Part shown: positions 47,635 to 57,189 of the stretch, one piece after another
Numbering within the stretch: the first letter of the stretch is position 1
How the letters are laid out: each line of letters begins with the position of its first letter
Assembly: GCA_964386865.1 (NCBI GenBank)
Contig: CAYLUN010000020.1
Location: 11,460 to 75,459, forward strand
Direction: 5' to 3'
Length of the DNA stretch: 64,000 nucleotides
From: an uncultured Lentisphaeraceae bacterium
GTDB taxonomy: Bacteria > Verrucomicrobiota > Kiritimatiellia > RFP12 > UBA1067
Program-made: the position numbers and the translations under genes
Notes under the pieces: model-generated
Databases searched by the model: none
What the model saw: the letters and a program-made list of their open reading frames with translations, nothing else
What the model was told of the DNA's origin: nothing

Positions 47635-48713
47635 CGCTCCCCCCTCGTGGCGGCATCCACCTGCTGCGCCGGGCGCTGGGCGAAGCCGAGCCGGTCGGCG
47701 ATCGCGCCGTAGAAGTGCTCTGTCGAAAAGTAGTCCAGCCTGTCGCTAAGCATGAACCGGTCGATCGCCTCGACATACTGCCCGTAGCGCCGCTCGTCCA
47801 TGCCGCACAGGAAGTCGGCCAGCGCGCGGAACGTGCGGAAGTCGCGCAGGTCGACCCACGCGTCCTTGGGGATAAGTTCGTCCGTGCCCTTCGAGCCGTA
47901 GTAGACCGGCACGCAGCGGGCGCAGAGGCAGTCGGTGATCTTCTCGCTGATGTACCCCGGCTCCGAGGCGTTGTTCTCGAAGCAGAGGGCGAACTTGTAC
48001 TTCGCGATCTCCTGAACCTTGGCGTCCCACGAGTCCGCGATCAGGCCGCGCCACGAGGCGAAGGTCGGGTGGCCGAACCACCGCTCGTAGCCGATGCACG
48101 GCGCGTTCCAGCCCTTGCCGAACAGGTCGAAGTCGTCCGGGAACGCGCGCTCGAAATAGCGGTAGGCCCGCTTGCGCAGGCCGTAGGTGGACTGCGGCAT
48201 GTAGCTCCAGCGGTTCATGCTCACGGCCACGAGGAAGCGCTTGTCTGCGAAGGTCAGATGCGCGAATGGGTTTTCGCGGTACGCGCGCGGCTCCGCGCCG
48301 AGCGGCACGTTGACGCGTGCGTAGTCCGGGTTCTTCCACAGCAGGTTCCAGTCCCAGGTGAACACCGTGTGGAAGCGGCCGCGCAGCAGGGACGTGTAGT
48401 AGAGCGTCGGGTTGACGTTCGCGGGCTCGAGCAGCACAAGCGCGCGCTTCTCGTACGGGATCTGGCGGAGGAACGGGTCCGCCCGCACCTGCCGCCAGTT
48501 GTACTCGAAGTAGAGCACGTGCTTCACGTGCGGGTCGTTGAAGTCGACCGTGTCCAGCGTCACGACGTCGGCTCCGCGCGCGTTCATGAACGCGCGGAAC
48601 GCCTTCATGCCCGTCGCTTTGCCGCCCGTGCTGGCTTCAGCAAACACGCGGTTCTTCAATTCGTCTGAATTGAAGTAGTAGTTGACCGCGACGATGGGGC
48701 GAGGTTTCTCCAT
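47631..48713 (-). CDS. GT10-family alpha-1,3/4-fucosyltransferase
   Basis: It has YKFALCFENNASEPGYISEKITD, the GT10 FucT motif (YKFxLxFENS....GYxTEK). Confidence 0.8.
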   Translation of the reverse strand: MEKPRPIVAVNYYFNSDELKNRVFAEASTGGKATGMKAFRAFMNARGADVVTLDTVDFNDPHVKHVLYFEYNWRQVRADPFLRQIPYEKRALVLLEPANVNPTLYYTSLLRGRFHTVFTWDWNLLWKNPDYARVNVPLGAEPRAYRENPFAHLTFADKRFLVAVSMNRWSYMPQSTYGLRKRAYRYFERAFPDDFDLFGKGWNAPCIGYERWFGHPTFASWRGLIADSWDAKVQEIAKYKFALCFENNASEPGYISEKITDCLCARCVPVYYGSKGTDELIPKDAWVDLRDFRTFRALADFLCGMDERRYGQYVEAIDRFMLSDRLDYFSTEHFYGAIADRLGFAQRPAQQVDAATRGER

Positions 48714-48850
48714 GGGGTGCCACCCAAGCCACAGGTGACATCCTGCGATTCAGGCGCCCCCATCTTATCAACAGTCCGGTGTCGGCGCAACCGTCACGGC
48801 GCAGGTCCAGCAATTCAAATTGTGGCCAAGCGCCGCCTTGAATTTGGGGG

Positions 48851-48877
48851 TTGCTTGTTGTATCCATTTATTATAAT
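48851..48877 (+). promoter_or_regulatory. putative promoter region upstream of the CoADR-fusion gene
   Basis: An AT-rich block has TTGCTT, a 15-nt spacer and a perfect TATAAT at 48872-48877. About 40 bp downstream is the RBS 'ggagggg' and the ATG at 48919. Confidence 0.3.
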
Positions 48878-48918
48878 ATATTGATCTCAACACGTATCTA
48901 GAACCACGGAGGGGAATC

Positions 48919-51384
48919 ATGGAAACGAAGAAGCTTGTGATCGTTGGCGGCGTGGCCGGCGGAGCCAGCGCGGCGGCGCGCGCGCGGCGCTTGAGCGAAG
49001 GGTGCGAAATCCTCCTGCTCGAGCGCGGCCCCTATGTCTCGTTCGCCAACTGCGGCCTGCCCTATCACATCGGCGGCGAGATCGCAGACCGCGAGCGCCT
49101 GCTCGTCACCACGCCCGAGAACCTCCGCGCCCGCTTTCGCATCGGCGTGCGCACCCGCAGCGAAGTCACCGCCATTGATCCTGCCAAAAAAGAGGTCGAA
49201 GTCAAGAACCTCCAGAGCGGGGAGGTCTACCGAGAAAGCTACGACGCGCTCGTCCTGAGCCCCGGCGCCGAGCCGATCCGCCCGCCTATTCCTGGCATCA
49301 GCAGCCCCAACGTGCTCACGCTCCGCAACATGGAGGATATGGATCGCATCATCCAGGCGCTCGACGGAAAGACGCACGCCACGGTGATCGGCGGCGGCTA
49401 CATCGGCCTCGAAATGGCTGAGGCGCTGCGCCGCCGCAAGGTGGCGACCGCGCTGATTGAACTCGCGCCGCAGGTGATGGGCCCGGCCGACCCCGAAATG
49501 GTCTCCATCCTCCATCAGGAGCTGACCCTCAACGGCGTCGACCTGCGCCTCGGCACGTCCGTCACCGGCTTCAGCGAATCGCCAACGGGCTTGACCCTGA
49601 CCCTCAGCTCCGGCGACACGCTCGAGACCGGCATCGCGGTACTCGCGATCGGGGTCAGGCCTGACACCGCGCTCGCGAACGCGGCGGGGCTGACACTCGG
49701 GCCGCGCGGCGGCATCCGGGTCAACGACCGCATGCAGACCAGCGATCCCTCCATCTACGCCGTCGGCGACGCCGCGGAGGTGACCGACTTCATCACGCGC
49801 CAGCCCGCGCTCATCCCGCTAGCCGGGCCCGCCAACCGGCAGGGGCGCATCGCCGCCGACAACATTTTCGGGCGCGACACGCGTTACCGCGACACGCAGG
49901 GCACGGCCATCTGCAAGGTCTTCAACCTGTCCATCGGCATGACCGGCCTCAGCGAAAAGGCCGCCAAACGGGCGGGCATCGCGTTTGAAAAGGTGTATGT
50001 CCACGCGGCCAGCCATGCGACGTACTATCCCGGCGCCGCGCCGCTCAGCATCAAGTTGCTGTTCGACCCTCAGTCCGGCAAGGTGCTCGGCGCGCAGGCG
50101 GTCGGCGCCGACGGCGTGGACAAGCGCACCGACGTTCTTGCCGTCGCCGTCCGCGCGGGCCTGTCCGTCTTCGACCTCGAGAACCTCGAGCTCGCCTACG
50201 CGCCGCCGTTCGGCTCTGCCAAGGATCCGGTCAACGTCGCCGGATTCGTCGCGGCCAACGCGCTGCGCGGCGACGTGAAGCTCTGCCACGTGGAGGATCT
50301 CGTCAAGCCGGCGGCACATCAGAAGCTGCTCGATGTCCGCACGCCGGACGAGGTCTCCGCCGGGACGATTCCCGGCGCGATGAATATTCCGGTCGACGAC
50401 CTGCGCGGCCGGCTGGGCGAGCTGTCCAAGGAAAAGGACTATCTCGTCTTCTGCCGCGTCGGACTGCGCGGCTACCTGGCCTGCCGCATACTGACACAGA
50501 ACGGATTCACGTGCCGTAACCTCACCGGAGGCTACATCACCTATCAGCGGGCCACCGGAAAGCCCGCAGCCGAAATGCCCGAAGCCCATCACCCGGAAAG
50601 CGACTCCGACGATCAGGATTCCCAGCCCTTGGGAAAGGAGACCACCGTGAAACTCGTCAAAACCGTGAACGCCTGCGGCCTGCAGTGCCCCGGCCCCATC
50701 CTTCAGCTCAAACAGGCCGTCGATGACATTCAGGTCGGCGAAGCCATCTGCATCACCGCCTCGGACCCCGGCTTTGTCGCCGATGCGCCCGCCTGGTGTA
50801 ATACGACCGGGCACGACCTCGTCAGCCTGGAGCCGGCCGAAAAAGGCACCTATCGCGCCACAGTGGTCAAGCGGAAGTCCGCCGCAGGCGGAACCGTGCA
50901 GAGTTCCGGCAGGCGCGCCATGACCAACGTCGTGTTCTGCGACGATTTCGATAAGGCCGTGGCCGCCTTCATCATCGCCAACGGCGCGGCCGCGGCGGGC
51001 TATGACGTGACGCTCTTCTTCACCTTCTGGGGGCTCAACATCCTGCGCAAATCCGGCCCGGTCACGGCGAAGAAGAATCCCATCGAGAAAATGTTCGGCT
51101 TCATGATGCCCAAGGGTGCGGACCGCCTCACGCTCTCCAAGATGAATATGGCGGGCATGGGTATTGCGATGATCAAGGGCATCATGAAGCACAAAAACGT
51201 CATGACGCTTCCGGCGCTGATCGCGCAGGCGAAACAAGGCGGCGTGCGCCTAGTCGTCTGCACCATGAGCATGGACCTCATGGGCATCAAGCGCGCAGAG
51301 CTGATCGACGGCGTTGAAGAAGGCGGCGTCGCCATGTACATCGACCACCTGAGCCGCTCATCGGCCGGCCTGTTCATTTCATAG
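48919..51384 (+). CDS. CoA-disulfide reductase fused to rhodanese, TusA-like and DsrE-like domains
   Basis: The CoADR part has the FAD site GGVAGGASAA and active Cys SFANCGLPY. The rhodanese active site is FCRVGLRG. The TusA motif is CGLQCPGP. The C-terminal DsrE/DsrF-like fold has FFTFWG. Confidence 0.85.
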   Translation: METKKLVIVGGVAGGASAAARARRLSEGCEILLLERGPYVSFANCGLPYHIGGEIADRERLLVTTPENLRARFRIGVRTRSEVTAIDPAKKEVEVKNLQSGEVYRESYDALVLSPGAEPIRPPIPGISSPNVLTLRNMEDMDRIIQALDGKTHATVIGGGYIGLEMAEALRRRKVATALIELAPQVMGPADPEMVSILHQELTLNGVDLRLGTSVTGFSESPTGLTLTLSSGDTLETGIAVLAIGVRPDTALANAAGLTLGPRGGIRVNDRMQTSDPSIYAVGDAAEVTDFITRQPALIPLAGPANRQGRIAADNIFGRDTRYRDTQGTAICKVFNLSIGMTGLSEKAAKRAGIAFEKVYVHAASHATYYPGAAPLSIKLLFDPQSGKVLGAQAVGADGVDKRTDVLAVAVRAGLSVFDLENLELAYAPPFGSAKDPVNVAGFVAANALRGDVKLCHVEDLVKPAAHQKLLDVRTPDEVSAGTIPGAMNIPVDDLRGRLGELSKEKDYLVFCRVGLRGYLACRILTQNGFTCRNLTGGYITYQRATGKPAAEMPEAHHPESDSDDQDSQPLGKETTVKLVKTVNACGLQCPGPILQLKQAVDDIQVGEAICITASDPGFVADAPAWCNTTGHDLVSLEPAEKGTYRATVVKRKSAAGGTVQSSGRRAMTNVVFCDDFDKAVAAFIIANGAAAAGYDVTLFFTFWGLNILRKSGPVTAKKNPIEKMFGFMMPKGADRLTLSKMNMAGMGIAMIKGIMKHKNVMTLPALIAQAKQGGVRLVVCTMSMDLMGIKRAELIDGVEEGGVAMYIDHLSRSSAGLFIS

Positions 51385-51718
51385 CCACCGCGGCCCAGGC
51401 TTTCGTCATGGTTTTGGCGGAATCCGGCATATCGGCGTCTCCTTCATGCCGATGACCTTGCACGTGTTCATTTCGAGTTCCTAGCCTGGACAAATCTATA
51501 GGCGCTGTCGCTTCCCGCCCGCCGCATATGCTGGCGGCTGGAAGCGAAAGCGCCCTTGGGCAGCCCCGCCCTATTCGCCAGCCTTCGCCCGGATTGGCTC
51601 GGGCAGTGTCCCACACCCTTGCCGCTCTCTTCTGTACCCACACAACACTCAAATCAGCCCCGACCCCGGGTCGCTGCATGACAGGAGCAAGTGGTCAAAC
51701 ACACTTTCGGCGCGTGGC

Positions 51719-52120
51719 CTATATGTTGTCAATTTTGAGAAGGGGCGTAACTCGACTGCAAAGCTGCAAAGCCACGCCCCAGGGATCGCGCAACATAATG
51801 AGCAGTGACCCATCCGACAATTTCACTTCCTCAACGTAGCTGGCTCCGGCAGCCATAAGCCGTTGCGAGTCCGCCACCGGGTTTGCACTAGCGAGCGCCA
51901 GATGAAAGAGCAAGGGATTCATGTTCCGATAGTCGGGAACTTGGCCAGGGGGATTGCAGTAAATCTCCAGCACGGTGGCCTCCGAATCCGCGAGGAAATG
52001 CGTTTGCGCCGGTTGCGGGATGTGCCGGACCACCCGCAATCCACAATGCATGCAATACCAGGCGGCCATTGCCACCGGATCCGCTACGTTAAAGGCGACA
52101 TGTTCGATTTTCATAGTCAT
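51719..52120 (-). CDS. VOC-family (glyoxalase/bleomycin-resistance/dioxygenase) protein
   Basis: The 133-aa protein has IEHVAFNVADP and a paired beta-alpha-beta-beta-beta module pattern. Confidence 0.7.
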   Translation of the reverse strand: MTMKIEHVAFNVADPVAMAAWYCMHCGLRVVRHIPQPAQTHFLADSEATVLEIYCNPPGQVPDYRNMNPLLFHLALASANPVADSQRLMAAGASYVEEVKLSDGSLLIMLRDPWGVALQLCSRVTPLLKIDNI

Positions 52121-52262
52121 TTAACACGCTTTGTAGCCGTCCACGTCTTTAAAGTAGACCACACGGAAATCATCAGCTCCATCGCCGGGTTCTTGGCCTT
52201 GCGCTGGCGATAAGAGTGTGTTTCTTTGTGATCCCTTTTCGTTTCATGGTTGTTTGCGCCCG

Positions 52263-55046
52263 TTAGAGTTTCTCCGAACGAATAGTCTTCGTCTCGCCGT
52301 TGACGCGGACTTTGACCTCGCGCGGCTCGGGGGACGCGATGCGGTATTTCGTCACCTTGTCGTCCTTCCATTCCATGTCCACGGTGAAGCCTCCCCTCGC
52401 CCGCAGGCCCGTGACCTTGCCCTCGGCCCATGCTTTGGGCAGGGCGGGAAGTAAAGAAATGATGAAGGATGAAGGATGAGTTATGACACCATTAATTCTG
52501 GGTTCTGAATTCTGTGTTCTGAATTCTGAATTTTCCTCATGGCTTTGCAACAGCATCTCGGCTATGCCAGAAGTGAACCCCCAGGGACCCTCGAGCTGGA
52601 ACATGCGATTGATCAGGTTGGAGCCGAGAAAATTGTCAGGGCCTGGCTTGCCGTCCAGCATTTTACAGGGACGCACAAACTTGCGTACAAGCGTGTAACA
52701 CCGTTCCGCGTCCTGCAATCGAGCCCAGAAGTTGATCTTCCATGCAATGCTCCAAGCAACGCCTCCGGCTGAATCAGGCCCAGGCGTGTCATCGGTGCGG
52801 GCATTGAGCGACACTTTGGCGGCGGCGGCCAATTCCGGTGTCCCTTGCAGCGTGATCTGCTTGCCTGGGTAAAAACCCCAGAGATGTGAGACGTGGCGGT
52901 AGGTGCTCGTCATGTCGTCCTTGTCCTCGAACCATTCCTTCAACTGTCCGTGCTTGCCGATGGAGGGTGTGACGAGCTTGTCGCGCATCCCGGCGATCTT
53001 GTCGCGGAAATCCTTGTCCGTGCCGAGGACATCAGCGGCGGTGACGGTGTTGTTGAAGAGATCCCAGATGAGCTCCTGGTCGTAGGTCACGGCCGGTTCG
53101 CGCCACTTCCATTCTGCCGACCAGCCATCGGGCGTGGCAAGGCGTCCGTCGGGCATAGTGATGAGATGATCGATCCAGAACTCGCAGGTTTCCTTCATCA
53201 TCGGGAAGGCCTTGTCACGCAGGAACTGGCGATCCTGGCCAAACTCGAAGTGCTGCCAGAAATGCTGGCAATACCAGGCGTTGGCCACGGTATTCAGTTC
53301 CCATGACGAGGCGCCGAACACGCCGGTTTCGGTCCGGATGGTCCAGCCCCGGTGATTGGGGAAACGCTTCGCCATCTCAGGATCGGCGAGCATGTTTTTA
53401 CGATAAATCGGTGCCTGAGCGGCGATGAAATCCAGGAGCGGAACATGGCACTCCCCGAGGCCGGTCAAATCCGAGGGCCAATAGTTCATCTGCAGATCAA
53501 TGTTGGAATGGTAGTCGCCCCGCCACGCTGGCGTGGTCGATTCGTTCCAAACCCCTTGAAGATTGGCGGGCAAACCACCGGGGCGGGAGGAGCCGATCAG
53601 CAGATATCGCCCGTACTGGAAAACAAGCGCTTCAAATCCCGGATCGGCTTCGCCCTTGGCATACCGTTGAAAACGCTGGTCGGCGGGCAGGTTGGACATC
53701 TCCGCCGGAGTCTTGCCCAGATCGAGGCTCACCCGCCCAAAGAGACCTTGGTAATCCTTTTCATGCGTTGCCAGCAAAGCGGAAAACGGTTGTTTAGCGG
53801 CTTTGTTCATGAGCGCGGTTAAGGCATCGTGTGGATGCGGCCCGCGCCAGCCCTTGGTGTGATCCGCCAGATACGAGGTCTTCGCTCCGAGGATGATCGT
53901 GAGGCTGTTGCACGTGTCAAAGGCCAATGCTACGGGGGGAGTCTGGGCCCGAAAGCAGGGGAGCGCTTTCCATCCGCGTGCGATGCCGGGGTCCTTCGCC
54001 GGTTCGGCAATCGAGGAACACACACGCAGGTGGCCGAGAAGGATGCTGGGTCTTGCCTTGCTCTTGGCTTCGGTCAGCGTTCCCTGGATTTTCAGTTTGC
54101 TGACGCCCGCCACCGGAATCGCCACATATTGGGTGGCGTTGCCTACCGGGATGTCCTTCACCGTCTTTCCATCGAGGATGATTTGCAAGGTTGCGCCTTC
54201 GGACACGAGCGCGTGAAAGGTGAGCCACTGGTATTTCCCGTCGAGATTGAAGGTGAAATCATTCGGCGCAACGAAACTCACGCCGCGATCAAACCACTCG
54301 CCTTTGAGCACCAGAGGTTCGCCGCCTGGCATCGCATCGTCGTTGCTGCGATCCTTGAAGTAGCCGAAGACCGGTTTATCGGATCCGCGCAGGCTCAGGT
54401 AAACATCCTTCATCCCGTCGAGCACAGGCACCTCCGGGCGTACACGTTTCACCGGCTGGTTGTCAAAGCCCGGCTCCATGACCGACACGACCGTCCCGCC
54501 CTCATTGAGGACGAGCGTTTGCGATTCGTAGTCCATGCCGTTGTTGAGGACGCCAGTGGCGGTCAGACGCTGGCCATCGGCCAGCACGTCGGCTCCGTGC
54601 ATGTCGGTGAGCCAGAGCTTGCCCGAGTACGCTCCGGGTTTGTCGGCCGTGAGGCGGATGGCGATCACGTCCGCAGGATGGCTGGCAATGATTTCGCGTT
54701 TGTAGCGCACGCCGTTGAACGTGTAGCTTACCGTCGTGATACCGCGCTCCAGGTCGAGTTCGCGGCGGTATTCCGTCGCCTTGTCGTGACCCAACTTGAC
54801 GAACAGATCGCCAAAAGCTTGATAGGAACCGGTGTCCTGTTCGTTGCCGGTCCAGAGCGATTTCTCGTTGAACTGGATACGCTCGATATCGGTCTTGCCG
54901 AAGACCATCGCCCCCAGTTCCCCGTTGCCGATGGGCAAGGCCTCAGTCATCCAATTGTCGGCGGGCTTGTCATACCAGAGTTTCGTGTCGGCGGCGTGGG
55001 CGGCAGTGGCGACCAGCAGGAGGGCGAGGAGTGTGCGTGTTGTCAT
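52263..55046 (-). CDS. GH95 alpha-L-fucosidase
   Basis: It has the signal MTTRTLLALLLVATAAHA and the GH95 N-terminal LPIGNGELGAMVFG. It also has NLQGVWNE and the C-terminal LLPALPKAW...GLRARGGFTV. Confidence 0.9.
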   Translation of the reverse strand: MTTRTLLALLLVATAAHAADTKLWYDKPADNWMTEALPIGNGELGAMVFGKTDIERIQFNEKSLWTGNEQDTGSYQAFGDLFVKLGHDKATEYRRELDLERGITTVSYTFNGVRYKREIIASHPADVIAIRLTADKPGAYSGKLWLTDMHGADVLADGQRLTATGVLNNGMDYESQTLVLNEGGTVVSVMEPGFDNQPVKRVRPEVPVLDGMKDVYLSLRGSDKPVFGYFKDRSNDDAMPGGEPLVLKGEWFDRGVSFVAPNDFTFNLDGKYQWLTFHALVSEGATLQIILDGKTVKDIPVGNATQYVAIPVAGVSKLKIQGTLTEAKSKARPSILLGHLRVCSSIAEPAKDPGIARGWKALPCFRAQTPPVALAFDTCNSLTIILGAKTSYLADHTKGWRGPHPHDALTALMNKAAKQPFSALLATHEKDYQGLFGRVSLDLGKTPAEMSNLPADQRFQRYAKGEADPGFEALVFQYGRYLLIGSSRPGGLPANLQGVWNESTTPAWRGDYHSNIDLQMNYWPSDLTGLGECHVPLLDFIAAQAPIYRKNMLADPEMAKRFPNHRGWTIRTETGVFGASSWELNTVANAWYCQHFWQHFEFGQDRQFLRDKAFPMMKETCEFWIDHLITMPDGRLATPDGWSAEWKWREPAVTYDQELIWDLFNNTVTAADVLGTDKDFRDKIAGMRDKLVTPSIGKHGQLKEWFEDKDDMTSTYRHVSHLWGFYPGKQITLQGTPELAAAAKVSLNARTDDTPGPDSAGGVAWSIAWKINFWARLQDAERCYTLVRKFVRPCKMLDGKPGPDNFLGSNLINRMFQLEGPWGFTSGIAEMLLQSHEENSEFRTQNSEPRINGVITHPSSFIISLLPALPKAWAEGKVTGLRARGGFTVDMEWKDDKVTKYRIASPEPREVKVRVNGETKTIRSEKL
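52452..52540. other. ~90-bp low-GC in-frame insertion inside the GH95 C-terminal domain, with two palindromic GAATTC-centred repeats
   Basis: The segment has about 35% GC against about 65% in the flanks. It encodes ENSEFRTQNSEPRINGVITHPSSFIIS between the conserved LLQSH and LLPALP blocks. The motif ttctgaattctg occurs twice. Confidence 0.5.
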
Positions 55047-55641
55047 GGTCGTTCCTTTTTGCTTGCTGATTGTTTGATTCATTTCCCGGCAGGGGGCTAA
55101 CCTTCAACTCGGCGGGCCCCTTGCCCGGCTCGGAGAATGCCAGCAAGGCGCCTTGGAAATAGGGCATCACCTCGCTGTCCAGAACCAGCGGCCCTTTCAG
55201 GGTCACGTTATCGCACCGGTTGAAGATAAAGGCTTCGAACTTGTCGTCAACCGGCTCGCAGACAAACTCGCATCCGGCCGCCTGGATCGTCAGGTTCGTA
55301 GCCCCCTGCACGATGATGCCCGTGCCTGGGAACCGGTAAACGCCCGGCGAGACGATGAATGCGGCAGCCTTTTCACTCACAGCCCGGTCAAGCCTCGTCT
55401 TGGCTTCGATGAAGGCCTTTCGCTGGGCGGCCTTCTCCTCTTCCGTCCAGGCCTTCAAATGCAACGAGGCATTCTTGTTGTAGCGCCGGGACGGCGCGTT
55501 GAGTTGGAACTTCTCCGTGAGATAGCGCTCCGTCTCATCAGCCGTCATGTAGCCCGGTGTCTTCTCGCTCGGCGCGCCGGCGACCGGGAGAACAGCGAGC
55601 GTCACCAGCAGGATGCCGAAAATCATGAGAAAGGGTTTCAC
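54970..55641 (-). CDS. secreted protein, probably a truncated N-terminal fragment of a right-handed beta-helix protein
   Basis: The signal is MKPFLMIFGILLVTLAVLPVAGA. GTGIIVQGATNLTIQAAGCEF is beta-helix-like. The frame then runs across the GH95 RBS and start, ending in a non-native tail. Confidence 0.45.
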   Translation of the reverse strand: MKPFLMIFGILLVTLAVLPVAGAPSEKTPGYMTADETERYLTEKFQLNAPSRRYNKNASLHLKAWTEEEKAAQRKAFIEAKTRLDRAVSEKAAAFIVSPGVYRFPGTGIIVQGATNLTIQAAGCEFVCEPVDDKFEAFIFNRCDNVTLKGPLVLDSEVMPYFQGALLAFSEPGKGPAELKVSPLPGNESNNQQAKRNDHDNTHTPRPPAGRHCRPRRRHETLV

Positions 55642-55677
55642 GTTTTCTTCACTCCTGTTCTTTTAAGATGCCCGCTC

Positions 55678-57189
55678 TCATTGATTGACCAACGTCCGAT
55701 AGCGGAAGTTCCGAAAAACGGCGTTTCCTTCGCCGGCGGCGTAGAGCGCGGGCCGCACAGCCAGATACCCGCCGAAGGTCGCGTGGTTGTAGCCGCCGAG
55801 GTCTTCAGAGTTGGCGATCTTCTTGAGGGATTTCTCATCCGGTCCGGCGAGAAAATCGACCTCGTTGTGGTCGAACACGATCCGCAGGGTCAGGCGCTTT
55901 TCCGGAACCTGGATTCTGGTCTTGCGCAGCGCAGCGAGCGTGCCCGCCCAGAGCGCTCCGTCGCCGATGCCCATGCCGGCGTAAGCGGACGGATTGTAGA
56001 AGAGGATGAGGCCGCCTTGGGCGTTCCCCTCGACCTCGACATCCACGGTCACCTCGTAGGCCAGATCCCCTGCCATGATCGTCATCGGACTGCAATCCGC
56101 CGGCGTTTTGCCCTTCCCCTTCACGACGAGCGCATGGTCCCGGAACTGGAAACGAGCTGGATCAAACTCGTCCCAGAACTGCCATTGGATGCCGAGCTTC
56201 GGACCCGCAAAGTCGTCCGACAACGCCATCGGCGGCAGCGGTGCGGGCGGCAGCTTCGGCGCCGCAATCAGGCCGACGGGGTCCTGTCCGGCCTTGGACT
56301 TCAACCACCCGTCGGCCGTCCACTCCACCGGCTCCATCAGTGTTTGGCGTCCCAGCGTCCGGGAACCATTGCGGTACGCGTGATAGACGATCCACCAGTC
56401 GCCCGGCGCGGCCTCGAAGACCGTGCCGTGCCCGCGCGACCACCAGGTCTCGCTCCGGCTCTCCGTGCGGATGACCGGATTGTAGGGCGAGTTGTCCCAA
56501 GGCCCCAGCGGCGTGCGAGACCGGGCCTGCACCACCATGTGGCTGGTCGAGGCGCCCGCCGTGCCGCCCTGCGCGGAGATCAGATGATAGTAGCCGTCCT
56601 TGAAGAAGAGCTTGGGACCTTCGAGACAGAACCCCTCGGTGCGCCAACTCTCCGGGAAAGGCCAGCCGTCATAGACCTTCTCCAGTTTCCCCGTCACTGA
56701 AAGTCCGTCGCCCGAGAGCCCGACCGCAGTGCCTTTGGAATAGTGCAGGTACCGCTTGCCGTCCGGACCGACCACATGGCCGGGGTCAATCTCCCCGACG
56801 TTGAGCATGACCGGCTTGCTCCACGGCCCCTCGATGGACGGCGCGTGAATGACGAAGTTGCCGCGCGTACTCTTGCTGTAAATATAAAACCTGCCATGGT
56901 GGTGGACGATATCCGGCGCCCAGATGTCGCCGAAGTACTCCTGCAACGCCCGCGTCACAGGCGTCCAGTGTACGAGGTCGCGCGATTTCCAGATCAGCAA
57001 GCCAGGCGCATAGCGGAACGAGCTGTGGGTCATGAAGAAGTCATCGCCAACCTTGACGATCGAGGGGTCGGCATAGTCGCCGGCCAGGATCGGGTTGGTA
57101 TATGAGGTTGATGCCGCAAAGGCTTCGACAGCTCTCAACCCCGATAGTGCCGATAATATGATACAGGCTAAACTAGTTCTTGTTTTCAT
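55678..57189 (-). CDS. GH43 beta-xylosidase/alpha-L-arabinofuranosidase with a C-terminal beta-sandwich domain
   Basis: The signal is MKTRTSLACIILSALSGLRAVEA. The GH43 motifs are NPILAGDYADPSIVKVGDDFFM (catalytic Asp), WAPDIVHHHGRFY and GFCLEGPKLF (catalytic Glu). Confidence 0.85.
   Translation of the reverse strand: MKTRTSLACIILSALSGLRAVEAFAASTSYTNPILAGDYADPSIVKVGDDFFMTHSSFRYAPGLLIWKSRDLVHWTPVTRALQEYFGDIWAPDIVHHHGRFYIYSKSTRGNFVIHAPSIEGPWSKPVMLNVGEIDPGHVVGPDGKRYLHYSKGTAVGLSGDGLSVTGKLEKVYDGWPFPESWRTEGFCLEGPKLFFKDGYYHLISAQGGTAGASTSHMVVQARSRTPLGPWDNSPYNPVIRTESRSETWWSRGHGTVFEAAPGDWWIVYHAYRNGSRTLGRQTLMEPVEWTADGWLKSKAGQDPVGLIAAPKLPPAPLPPMALSDDFAGPKLGIQWQFWDEFDPARFQFRDHALVVKGKGKTPADCSPMTIMAGDLAYEVTVDVEVEGNAQGGLILFYNPSAYAGMGIGDGALWAGTLAALRKTRIQVPEKRLTLRIVFDHNEVDFLAGPDEKSLKKIANSEDLGGYNHATFGGYLAVRPALYAAGEGNAVFRNFRYRTLVNQ

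Noticed and set aside
52117-52431. ORF 52117..52431 (-), whose stop overlaps the VOC gene start by ATGA.
   Set aside because: It mostly runs antisense through the GH95 3' end. The only non-overlapping part would give a 21-aa peptide (MELMISVWSTLKTWTATKRVK). It is probably a chance frame, though a small leader peptide cannot be excluded.
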